64,000 nucleotides of DNA, taken from the NCBI RefSeq assembly GCF_001194135.2, contig NC_068991.1, positions 9,344,298-9,408,297 of the forward strand, in the 5' to 3' direction. The notes under the pieces are model-generated. The model did no database searches. It saw only the letters and a program-made list of their open reading frames with translations, and was not told the DNA's origin. The translations under genes and the position numbers were made by a program. Below are positions 12,297 through 24,487 of the stretch, piece by piece. Numbering within the stretch: position 1 is the stretch's first letter; the number at the start of each line of letters is the position of its first letter. The stretch comes from Octopus bimaculoides (taxonomy: Eukaryota).

Positions 12297-14120
12297 NNNN
12301 NNNNNNNNNNNNNNNNNNNNNNNNNNNNNNNNNNNNNNNNNNNNNNNNNNNNNNNNNNNNNNNNNNNNNNNNNNNNNNNNNNNNNNNNNNNNNNNNNNNN
12401 NNNNNNNNNNNNNNNNNNNNNNNNNNNNNNNNNNNNNNNNNNNNNNNNNNNNNNNNNNNNNNNNNNNNNNNNNNNNNNNNNNNNNNNNNNNNNNNNNNNN
12501 NNNNNNNNNNNNNNNNNNNNNNNNNNNNNNNNNNNNNNNNNNNNNNNNNNNNNNNNNNNNNNNNNNNNNNNNNNNNNNNNNNNNNNNNNNNNNNNATTAA
12601 TTAAAATCAGTTGCTAACAATGAGCTGCTTCATTTTAAGTCTTTCTGCCTTGCATTTCATAAGTTTCTCTCTACGTGTTTACAAAAACATATTTCTTTTT
12701 GTTCGGTTTTTTTTTTTTTTTCAGTCTTGTTTTTAAATTTGTAATTTTTTTTCTTTTTACTGAGAAACAGCTATATCCTTGTAGTTATTCCTTTACAAAA
12801 TAATACAACGTAGGTATTTTCTTTAAAACAAAATTACACCGCAGATATAAATATAAAGTCAGGTCTCTAGTGTTTTTCTTTTATAAAATAGCATGAAATT
12901 AGATAACTTCCAGGACAGGAAATATAATTTATTTGAAGAATTTTTGGTTAGCGTTCGCTTCGTTTGCTTTGAAGTTTAAATAAATTAACTAATAAAGGTA
13001 TCTAGCTCTGTCTTAAAATGTTATACAAGATAGGAGTTATACAATATTTGTATTATATGCATGTGTATGCGTGTATTGTATATATGTGTGTGTATGCATG
13101 TTATAAATGAAGACAAAAATAACACAGAAGACAAAATAAAAGCAAAGCGTAGTAATTAGTTTAACGCGCAATCGAAGATCAAGAAAGTGTACGTGTCTTT
13201 GACTTTTCGAGCATAAGCTCTTCTTCAGACGGTGAGACAGATACAAGGAAGTGTAAGAGGAAACGAACCAAAAAAGTGAATGTTGTTTTATGTCAAATCA
13301 TGCTTACACACAAACATACACATACACACACACACATCCATATNNNNNNNNNNNNNNNNNNNNNNNNNNNNNNNNNNNNNNNNNNNNNNNNNNNNNNNNN
13401 NNNNNNNNNNNNNNNNNNNNNNNNNNNNNNNNNNNNNNNNNNNNNNNNNNNNNNNNNNNNNNNNNNNNNNNNNNNNNNNNNNNNNNNNNNNNNNNNNNNN
13501 NNNNNNNNNNNNNNNNNNNNNNNNNNNNNNNNNNNNNNNNNNNNNNNNNNNNNNNNNNNNNNNNNNNNNNNNNNNNNNNNNNNNNNNNNNNNNNNNNNNN
13601 NNNNNNNNNNNNNNNNNNNNNNNNNNNNNNNNNNNNNNNNNNNNNNNNNNNNNNNNNNNNNNNNNNNNNNNNNNNNNNNNNNNNNNNNNNNNNNNNNNNN
13701 NNNNNNNNNNNNNNNNNNNNNNNNNNNNNNNNNNNNNNNNNNNNNNNNNNNNNNNNNNNNNNNNNNNNNNNNNNNNNNNNNNNNNNNNNNNNNNNNNNNN
13801 NNNNNNNNNNNNNNNNNNNNNNNNNNNNNNNNNNNNNNNNNNNNNNNNNNNNNNNNNNTAATGGTTTCTCTAAGCTTTTTCACTCGTTTATCACGTTCAA
13901 GAAACTCAATTTGACTAACGACCCGAAAGAATGGTCACCATAGTTTTGTGTGCTGGTCGTTGGGTCTAGAATTTCTCAGGCCCTGGAAAAGTGGTGTGAC
14001 GCGATTTCATGAATTGAGGCTTCTTTTCTAGATCATAAATTTATGCCCATATTTCATCCTCTGTCATCAATATATATTTATAAATATGTGTGCATCTGTA
14101 TATGTGTGTCTGTGTGTGTG

Positions 14121-14160
14121 TATCTATCTATCTATCTATCTATCGATCGATCGATCGATC

Positions 14161-14200
<40 letters not shown>
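14121..14200. repeat. Compound microsatellite (TATC)6(GATC)4(GATA)10
   Basis: Read directly from the sequence. Confidence 0.95.
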
Positions 14201-14887
14201 TAGAGCGAGTGAAACGGAGAGAGAGAGAGAGGCGTGTGTTTGCATACATGTATGTTAAGAGAGAAAACGAGAGATTATGTTAAATATTAATCATCAAGAA
14301 TACCAAGAAATCCATTGCTGATTGCTTAATCCCGCCAAAAATTTCTTATAATTTAGTGTGTTAGCATTAGGTTTAACCAGACAGAAATCGGTTTATTTTA
14401 ATTAACTGCGGTTTGATTTAGAACCACAAGACAACAGTAGGTCACAGTTACAACCTCCTTCTACGTCATACCTTAAACCCGTTTCGTTTCTCCATCTATT
14501 ATTTAACGTTTTACCATTTCCATTTCCCCACCTCCTCTTCGCTAATTAGAGCTGAGTGCATGGGTCGGGACAGAATTAACTCTTTAAATTACTTAACTAA
14601 TAATATAACACACTTTACAGCTCGAAGTTTTTAATATCTTATTCTCTATGTAAAAGCTTTGTTCTTGCGAACGAACACGCAAGAATCTACGTGTGTGCTT
14701 ATTTGTGTATGTGTATATGTATATGTGTGCGTGCGTGCGTATATGTATGTGTATATGTGTGTGCATGTATATGCGTGTGCATGTATAGGCGCGTGCATGT
14801 GTGTATGTGTGCGTGTGTGTATATACATATACGTATATATATGCTGTATACAGTTATACTATAATATCGATGATATTTGTCTTGCAG

Positions 14888-14977
14888 GCAATGAAAATAC
14901 ATATTAGTGAGAGTACAATGAAGGCTGTGCCGCCAAACATGTTTGAAATGACAGAAAGAGGAGAAATTGACGTGAAA
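14888..14977 (+). CDS. Gyc88E: Guanylate cyclase exon: AMKIHISESTMKAVPPNMFEMTERGEIDVK
   Basis: Acceptor gtcttgcag| at 14887, donor |gtaagt at 14978; KIHIS and ERGEI.VK motifs; phase 0 at both ends. Confidence 0.95.
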
Positions 14978-15488
14978 GTAAGTATAGTCGCCAGGGTGAA
15001 CTGGTATTTTGTTACAGTAATGCATTTCAGTGTACAGTTCAGAGCGGATCGGAAACCGGTCCGCACAACTACTTTAGCAATATTACTGAGCTCATTATCT
15101 CCATTCAAATGAATTTAAGTGAAAATGAAAACCATATTTGTAATTTGAGAAACAGTAGAACCATTCCTTGCTCAGGTGAAGCATCGGAAATGAACGAAAC
15201 CATAAATTCTCTGCTCACTGCTGCCATCTTTGACGTCACCTCACTAATGATTCAAAATGGACGCTTAGCCAACGCATTTCGTCATGAAAAATGCACCTTC
15301 GATCGACGCAGATGAAGTTTTTAACGAACGCCAGCACACTTTTACTATATTCTCTCTCCTTCCATATCATATAACTGTAAGTTATTTAGAGTTTTTTTTT
15401 TTGTTTTTGTTTTTTTATTTTATGGAAAATTCATCCCATGAATCATGCTATATCTGGTTCAATCTCTGGGTTGAATTATATATACTAC

Positions 15489-15537
<49 letters not shown>

Positions 15538-16210
15538 CTTTTCTTTCTTTACTGAAACGATTGTTACATTTACTTGTAAGTTGATTCATCATCGTGTTTG
15601 GTTTTAGTCACTGCAAAAAAATTATTGCTTATCGTAAAATTATTTTCATAGATTGGCTTATGCCCACGAATGTTAGGAGAAGGTATGTTGTTACTTTAAC
15701 CAACACTAGTATTTGACAGGTACTAGTAATGGTATATATATTATTCACCCTGGAGGAATCAAGGACAAAGTCGACTTTGAAGAAGCAGAATTTTAGCAAG
15801 AGAACTGACGAGAGGCCTTAGAAAAATGCGAGAGAATGTTATATCAACTTGCATAAATAAAAAAAACTGCTAAAGACAACAAAATATCCGTCCAAGAGAA
15901 TATGAGATGTTAATACTGAGACCTAAAATTATCATCACATTGCATTCTGGAGGAAGCCTCGAAACCGCCCATCTATGAAGTTTCTAAAATCTCATATCAA
16001 AAGCTGGAGCAGTTTAATTCTTAAGACCAAAACAATCTTTAAGTTGCATACCAAGGAACTTAAAAAGGTTAAAGATTCATTATTTTATTATATTTGTCTC
16101 AGCACGGATATGCCTGCACACGTTCTAACTCACTTGCAGTTTATCCTTATTAATAAAATGGTTCGTCGGCTCTAATCTAAACCTTAAGATCCGAGATTTG
16201 TCAGCCAACT

Positions 16211-16400
16211 GTTGTTGTTGGCATTCCGTTGCTTACGACGTCGAGGGTTCCAGTTTATCCGATCAACGGAACAGCCTGCTCGTGAAATTAACGTGCAAGT
16301 GGCTGAGCACTCCACAGACACTCACAATGCCCGGTTTGGGAATTGAAACCGCGATCCTATGATCGCGAGTCCGCTGCCCTAACCACTGAGCCATTGCGCC
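16211..16400 (-). mobile_element. SINE family C (internally deleted)
   Basis: tRNA head joined to the family 3' end, with a CAA tail. Confidence 0.8.
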
Positions 16401-16876
16401 TCCTCTTCGTTGTTATATATCACTTAATACACGCACACAAACACATACACATATACACTCATAAGTATACGTGTATACTGTGAATATACATATGTAATAT
16501 TATATTACTGTGAATACAACAGTTAATATATCACTTATTATAAACCTCGTATTTCTGCTTTACCACAGCATGACAAACACCCGTTCCTTACAATTAAATC
16601 TACTTGCAATCACGGGTGTCCGCAAGCATCGACTGTGAGATAGCAACGTATCACAATAAGATGATATCAATTCATGATATCAACCGGTCTCGCATGAAAA
16701 CAGCAATAGAAGTATAGAATAAAGAACTAATAATAAATGACAAAAGAATCTAAATTATATAATTAAATATATTAGCTTAAGGCAATTTCAGATGAGAAGA
16801 TGACAATGCGAAGTAATGAGTAGCGTTTTATTAACGTCATTTCCACGGAACTAGAATATGCATATTAGAGAAAGAC

Positions 16877-16910
<34 letters not shown>

Positions 16911-17228
16911 TACACATATATATATTATATACACACCTACACCCAAAAATATGTGCATGTATGCATGTGAGTATAGGGGTGGGGTGTATAAAGGCTTTTC
17001 AAAATGAATACCTTCGTTCTGACTCTGAGAATGTGGAGTGAATAGAGCAATGCTCATTACTTGGTATTGTTCTGTCCTCTCCACTGAAACAGCTGTAAGG
17101 TAATATATTTAATTATGTGATTCATGTTCTTTTGTCATTTTCAATTATTTATATATGTGTGTGTGTATGTGTGCGCGCGTGTGTTATATTATATTATATT
17201 TAGATTATGTATATGAAATGTGTGAATG

Positions 17229-17277
<49 letters not shown>

Positions 17278-17925
17278 TCGTTATTATGCTGAAAGACAAA
17301 ATTGTTTCCATTTAAAAACAAATTAAATTGCCATAACAACAACAATAATGATAATAATACTAGAATAAGAATAATAACATTAATAATAATAATAGTACAA
17401 TTTATTATAAAAACATTATTATTAAAACAATATTATCACAATAACAATGATATTTGTGCCAATAAAAGAAACCATTATTACAATTATAATAATACAAGGG
17501 GAAAAAAACAAAATTATGCTATAGAATTTATCAATGATCATCGTATAAGCAACACATGAAGATACCGAATAATACTTAAATCCTTTAATGAAATTTACTT
17601 TGTATATCGTTTCATCTCGTCTATACATTAATCGGTAGTAGGATTACCATCCGACTAAAGAAAATTCATTCAGCGAAAAGTCTGTTCGCTCATACGAAAA
17701 CGATGGAACAAACAGATAGTATCTTTTATCTTTTTTGTGTGTTAGTCAGGGGACTGCGGCCATACTGGTGCACCGCCTTCAAACGTTTAGTCGAAAGAAT
17801 CGACTTTTGTAGTTGTGTTTTAAATCTGGTACTCATTCTATCGATTTCTTTGCCCGAACCGCTAAGTTACGGGGACGTAAAGAAACCAACGCCGTTTGTC
17901 ATGACGCGCGCACACACACACATAC

Positions 17926-17982
<57 letters not shown>

Positions 17983-19537
17983 GGCGCATAGCTTAGTGGT
18001 TAGGGCATTGCTGTCATGATCGCTAGATCGTGATTTCTATTCCTAGACCCTTCATCTCACCTTGCTCTGCGATCACTTCGACACCTGACACATGCTACAC
18101 CATGCACCTGTTCAAACAATGTTGATTTGATGAAGAGAGCCAGCTAATGTGTGGCATGAACATTTGATCATTATAAACAAATCATCTGTGCAGGTCATTC
18201 GGTAGAAGCTGGACGCTCATATGTCATATTCGACGAGAGAGTCCGTCANNNNNNNNNNNNNNNNNNNNNNNNNNNNNNNNNNNNNNNNNNNNNNNNNNNN
18301 NNNNNNNNNNNNNNNNNNNNNNNNNNNNNNNNNNNNNNNNNNNNNNNNNNNNNNNNNNNNNNNNNNNNNNNNNNNNNNNNNNNNNNNNNNNNNNNNNNNN
18401 NNNNNNNNNNNNNNNNNNNNNNNNNNNNNNNNNNNNNNNNNNNNNNNNNNNNNNNNNNNNNNNNNNNNNNNNNNNNNNNNNNNNNNNNNNNNNNNNNNNN
18501 NNNNNNNNNNNNNNNNNNNNNNNNNNNNNNNNNNNNNNNNNNNNNNNNNNNNNNNNNNNNNNNNNNNNNNNNNNNNNNNNNNNNNNNNNNNNNNNNNNNN
18601 NNNNNNNNNNNNNNNNNNNNNNNNNNNNNNNNNNNNNNNNNNNNNNNNNNNNNNNNNNNNNNNNNNNNNNNNNNNNNNNNNNNNNNNNNNNNNNNNNNNN
18701 NNNNNNNNNNNNNNNNNNNNNNNNNNNNNNNNNNNNNNNNNNNNNNNNNNNNNNNNNNNNNNNNNNNNNNNNNNNNNNNNNNNNNNNNNNNNNNNNNNNN
18801 NNNNNNNNNNNNNNNNNNNNNNNNNNNNNNNNNNNNNNNNNNNNNNNNNNNNNNNNNNNNNNNNNNNNNNNNNNNNNNNNNNNNNNNNNNNNNNNNNNNN
18901 NNNNNNNNNNNNNNNNNNNNNNNNNNNNNNNNNNNNNNNNNNNNNNNNNNNNNNNNNNNNNNNNNNNNNNNNNNNNNAACACTTTTTGAAAGCTGAAAAC
19001 CAAACAACATTTCCTATCATATTTATCTTCCACAAATTCATTATTTCTTTATTTCACGTTCTCTTACTCTCTTTCTTTTTCTTAGCTATTTACTTTCATT
19101 CTTTTCATTCTTTCATTACCTTTCCCTCTTATATAAGAGGGAAAATATTGAAATTTCCATCTATCACTTTCTTACCTTTTCTTTTTTACTCTCAGTTGCT
19201 CTTCTCTCTTTTTTCTTTTCATCCCGCTTCTTCCTTGCTCTCTTCGATCTCTCTTTTTCTCTCTCTCTCCCTTTCTTTTTCCTTCATCTCTCTTTCCCTT
19301 TCTATCTGTTTTATGACGTGCCTTCCAAACAAACGCAAACATTATTACGTCATTTCAGAAGGGTGAAGCTACAACTTCTCCCAAGATGGCATTGTTTACT
19401 AAGAAATATATCACAGCGAGTCAAGTAAATATTTGATAGTCTCGGCAGACAAAGCAGCAAACTTGGTACCACGGAGAACGTCGAGGAAGATTCGCTAAAA
19501 AAGTCATCCCATTCTCGTGTGACTTATTTTTATATAT

Positions 19538-19611
<74 letters not shown>

Positions 19612-20043
19612 ATGGAAGGATGAGCGGGTGGATGGATGGATGGATAGATAGACAGACATACATATAATTAAACAGAAAATATCTTAAATATCATTGTTTT
19701 CTTTATTATTATTTTTTCTGTTCATTTCAAGCATATGTGGCTCTTGTTCCTTCCTTATGGCCCGAGATGTATTGATGACGTTTCATGAACTGCATTTTTT
19801 TGAAAATAGGAGCTTAATGCAGAAGAAAATTGATCCCTAATTCCAGTGAGCGTGTGTTTGTGTGCAACCGGTGTTTGTTTGTTTACGTCCCCATAACTTA
19901 GCAGTTCTGGCCGACGTAATAAGTAGTTTAAAAAAACTATGGAATGTGGTATATCTGTTCGACTAAAAGCTTCAAGGTGATGCCACAGCATGGCTGCAGT
20001 CCAATGACTGATGCAAGTAAAAGATAAAAGACAAAAGATGTGT

Positions 20044-20080
<37 letters not shown>

Positions 20081-20772
20081 GCACATACATGCGTTCTTAC
20101 GTACGTACGTGTATCTATGCATATATATCTATAGGGACATATAATATTTAATTTTGTGTATATATCTGTATATGCACGCGCGTGTTTGTGTCGCTGCATC
20201 GATGTAATATTTTTTTAACCGTTTTGTTTCTGATGAAGAAAATTTATTGGGTTTTTTTCGTTTTTTTCATTTTCAGGTTATATTCTATAGCTAGCATCTT
20301 CTCTATATCAGAGACCAAGAAGAATTTCTAGTCACGCACAAAATAAAAGATATTTAGAAATCTTGACCCATTAAATATTACTCTACATTCATTTAGCCAT
20401 TGATACGCTACAACTGAACAAAAATCTGCATGTCAATTGGATAGTAAATCTTTCAAGAGATAATCACGATATATTTAAATAAATCCCTGTTGATAGTGAA
20501 AGGAAATGCAAATCCAGATCAAATTTAGATATTTAGGACTTATACGTTCTACAGTTTGCAAAATGATAATCGAAACGGGTTTGAAAAGAAAATCCACATA
20601 TTACTTACGAACGTGCGATTGCATAAATTGCATAAATTTAGTAATTCAGTAACATGCTTAATATCTGTGTCTTAAGTTTTGCACACAACTTATGTATGTG
20701 TGTGTGTATGTATGAATACATATAATATATACATACACATGTAATAACATTATATATATGCAAGTATATGAT

Positions 20773-20820
<48 letters not shown>

Positions 20821-21130
20821 ATGTATATATATTTATAAAATATATTTACTTTTGGGAATTTCTAAATACATATAGATATATGCACACACATAAATATATA
20901 TATATGAATATAGGCACGCACAATACATACGCATGCGCATACATATTTTGTATACTTGTGTCTGTTTGGCTGTGTTCAATAATGCCAAAGCTCTGTACTT
21001 CTGTCTATCGTGTACTTCCTTAGATCGATACGCTTGATCGATAATTTACATTCAATAAACTTCTGAATTCTAAACCATGCTAATTGTTTTATTAAGTCTA
21101 AACTCACCCTGTAATTTTCTCTGCTTGTAG

Positions 21131-21181
21131 GAAAAACCCCGGAAGACTTACTGGCTTTTAGGCTCCCTAAATTCTACGTAG
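21131..21181 (+). CDS. Candidate alternative terminal exon (or decayed exon duplicate): EKPRKTYWLLGSLNST*
   Basis: Follows a strong acceptor (ctgtaattttctctgcttgtag|); phase 0 matches the upstream exon; encodes TYWLLG, the canonical cyclase C-terminal strand; TAG TAA tandem stops; ATTAAA at 21221. Confidence 0.55.
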   Translation, partial: EKPRKTYWLLGSLNST

Positions 21182-21705
21182 TAAAAGGTTTTTACCTAGA
21201 AAGGTGCTATTCTGGATTTAATTAAATAAGATATTTTCGATTTTTTTTTAATCTTATAATCTAATACTTGCCTCTTGATGGATTGCTTTTGTTCTTTTTT
21301 AACATTTGTCCTGCTCATACTAACGTATTTATGTGCTTATGTTCGTGCATCGCTGTCTGAAGCGTGTTGTTGCCGTCGTGATCATGGTTGATGTTGTTGC
21401 CTGTGTTGCTAATGATATAAGGAATGGCAGTGTCGATGGTGGTAGCAGTGGGGTGCTGCTCCTGCTGCTATTTCCTGGTGAGTAAACCCGGTGTCTGGGC
21501 ACAGATACACCGAATCCGGAATCTATCTTCAGACTGATGTTTTGTCCGTCCGTGTACCGTTCTTTTTGAAGTGGCATGATGTCCTACATTGTTGTCCCTT
21601 GGAACGTCTAGATTTTCCAACGTCAAAAGCTACTCGAAAATCTTGTTGAGGGAATGTTAGCAGCTAGATTAAACTTATTTCTAACACAGGCGCAAAGGCC
21701 TGTGA

Positions 21706-22275
21706 TAATGGTTCTCAACCAGGGTCCATACGACCCCTGAGGTCCACATAAGATTTTGGGAGTGTCCATGCAAGAAAAATAGAAAATTGGAGATTCTCGG
21801 TATTTTAAGGGTTCATGAAAAAGATTCTGCTTAGATGTATTTATTGCAAGAAACAGTTAGGGGATATTAGGTCAAAATCCCCCGGCAGTCAATAGCCCCC
21901 AGTACATTGTTCTTTCTTAAATAAAAATATTTTAGGAAGGTGAAATTTTATTAAAAAAATTTCTTAATATTTATTAGTTGATATTTTTGTGAAAAATTTG
22001 TCCGGGTTGATTTTGTGATCGGGGGGCTTTGGCTTCGGGGGAATTTGTCCTTGGAGGGATTTTATCCTCGGCGGGATTTTGTTCTGATACCTTCTCAGAG
22101 AGCGCTATTGCAAACCTGCACAAGTGAGTGTGTAAAAGCAAGACAAGAATTTTGAAAGAAGCATCAATAAAACTACTTATTAAAAATCAAATGGCTATTT
22201 GGGGTCTACCAGAATAAAACAGTAATGAAAGGGGTCCATATGTAAAAAAAAAAAAAAAACTGTTGAGCACCATCG
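21706..22275. mobile_element. Degenerate hAT-like MITE with a nested MITE at 21861-22091
   Basis: Ends aatggttctcaac / gttgagcaccat. The nested element has gg(a)tatcagg.caaaatccc termini, the same family as 40478-40738. Confidence 0.55.
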
Positions 22276-22803
22276 GCCAAAAATCTTCCTCTATTAACTT
22301 ACATCGTTAGCATTTTTAAAGATTGTAATAAACGTTGGGTTGTATACTTCTCTGTTTACTATGTGTTTGAGGTTTGATTTTCTTACCCCCCACACTTACA
22401 CAAAATTCTGTGTGAAGTTCGTTTCATCTCTCCTCTTTGCATGATTACTATACTGGCTAACCATAATAATGTTCAAAATAGGTGGTTGTTTTGGGTTTGT
22501 TCGTTTAGTTTTGTGTTTTTTGTTGGTTTGTTTGTTTGATTTTCCTGAGGGGTTTTTTTTTTGTTTTTTGTTTTTTGCCTTGATGCGATATACTAACAAG
22601 ATCTCTTTCCCCTCTGCTCTTTACGGACACTTACCTTACTACTCTGTTTTGTTTCGATTCCTAATTGAAATCATTTTTTTTTAAACCTGTGATTCGACCG
22701 CATGCTCTCCTTTAGAAATTTTGCAGGCTAAGTGTGATGACTATATAAACATAATCTTTTTACTAAAATTTCGTGACATAGTCTTTAAGCCCGTCTCTGT
22801 TAA

Positions 22804-22871
<68 letters not shown>

Positions 22872-22993
22872 CTCTCTCATTCTCTCGTGCTCTTCTCCTC
22901 TCTTATTCGCTCATGTTTTCAATCAATTTTTTTACGATTTACTTTGTGTTATATTTAGTATGTAGACTGTTAAATTATTTTAATAATGTAGCA

Positions 22994-23237
22994 ATATTTA
23001 TACGACAATGGAATCTAGCACCACCACCACCCCACTCAGCTCAAAACAATATCTAATTTATAGATCAGTGACTAGTTGTCACTTTGAAAACTATATATTT
23101 CGAACGGGAATTTGGCAGCGCTACCTCTAGCCGAACAATTATTCTGTGTCGATGAAGGGAGATAACCCGGAAATCGCGATACACAGATATTGTTTTGAGC
23201 TGAGTGGGGGTGCTAGATTCCCTTGTTCGAAAATATA
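22994..23237. repeat. Inverted repeat (foldback) with a spacer of about 130 bp
   Basis: 23010-23054 and 23185-23221 are reverse complements apart from an extra accacc run. Confidence 0.8.
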
Positions 23238-23939
23238 AGGACACAGATCGTGTCGTATAGCCATCTGGAGACGATGTCTCCTGGGGCTAAATTACATCAA
23301 TATTCGTCCTAAACCAGGACTGCCATGTTATGTTAGCAAAAATCTTTACTCCAAAGTACTGTTGCTAAATATCTCTCGTTGTGGGATTTAAAAATAGTAA
23401 TTTTCTAATTATTATTATTATCGTTATTGTCGTTGTTGTTTTTTCTTGTTTTTTTGGGGGTTTTTTTGTTTGTTTTTTTATCATGAGCAGATATGTCTAA
23501 TGAGTCTTTCGAAGAAATTGGAATATTACCCACCGTTTTAATTTATGTAAAATGTTTTGAAATTATGTTACCAACGACATGTTTTGGAATGTTTGTATGT
23601 CCACTCCATTTACTTTGAAGTAAAAAATAATATGTTTGTCTTTATACATTTTATATGTTTTATGTTTTGTAAATAATGTTTACTAGAAATCCAAAGTGGC
23701 ATCTTATGGAGGAGTTCACAACAGTGCTGGTGGCACTAATGTAAACTGGTGCACTTAACTCACCGTACAAAAAGAAAATCTTTAATGAAGCGCACAGAAA
23801 ATTCAGACATATATGCACTGTGGAGGACACAAGAAAGAACAGTATAGCCAAGCCAGAAATCTAGACTCATATCCATACACAATAAAGAACATACAAGAAC
23901 AGTATAGAAAAATATAATTCAAACGATAACATTAGTAAT

Positions 23940-24487
23940 GATCCTTTCTACTAAAGGCACAAGTCCTGAAATTTTGGGGAAGGGGACTAGTCGATTACAT
24001 CGACCCCATTGTTTCACTGGTACGAAAGGAAGAAAGGCAAAGTTGACCTCGGCGGAATTTGATCCCAGAACCTAATCTTTTCTACTCTAGGCACAAGGCC
24101 CGAAATTTTGGAGGAGAGGGTCAGTCGATCGACCCCAGTACGCAACTGGTACTTAATTCATTGACCTCGAAAGGATGAAAGGTAAAGTCGGCCTCTTCAG
24201 AATTTGAACTCAGAACGTAACGTTAAGCATTTCGCCCGGCATGCTAACGATTCTTATTTCTTTATTACCCACAAGGCGCTAAACATAGAGGAGACAAACA
24301 AGGACAGACAAAGGGATTAAGTCGATTACATCGACACCAGTGCGTAACTGGTACTTTATTTATCGACCCCCGAAAGGATGAAAGGCAAAGTCGACCTCGG
24401 CAGAATTTGAACTCAGAACGTAACGGCAGACGAAACACCGCTAAGCATTTCGACCGGCGAGCTAACGATTCTGCCAGCTCGCTGCCT
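23940..24487 (-). mobile_element. Head-to-tail multimer of three SINE A units
   Basis: One full unit followed by two 5'-truncated units with different tails. Confidence 0.85.

Noticed and set aside
21329-21577. 82-aa antisense ORF in the last intron
   Set aside because: Low complexity (Ser/Thr/Pro), no recognisable domain or exon partners.
22441-22480. Another YWL-encoding stretch in the last intron
   Set aside because: In-frame TGA three codons upstream and no acceptor.
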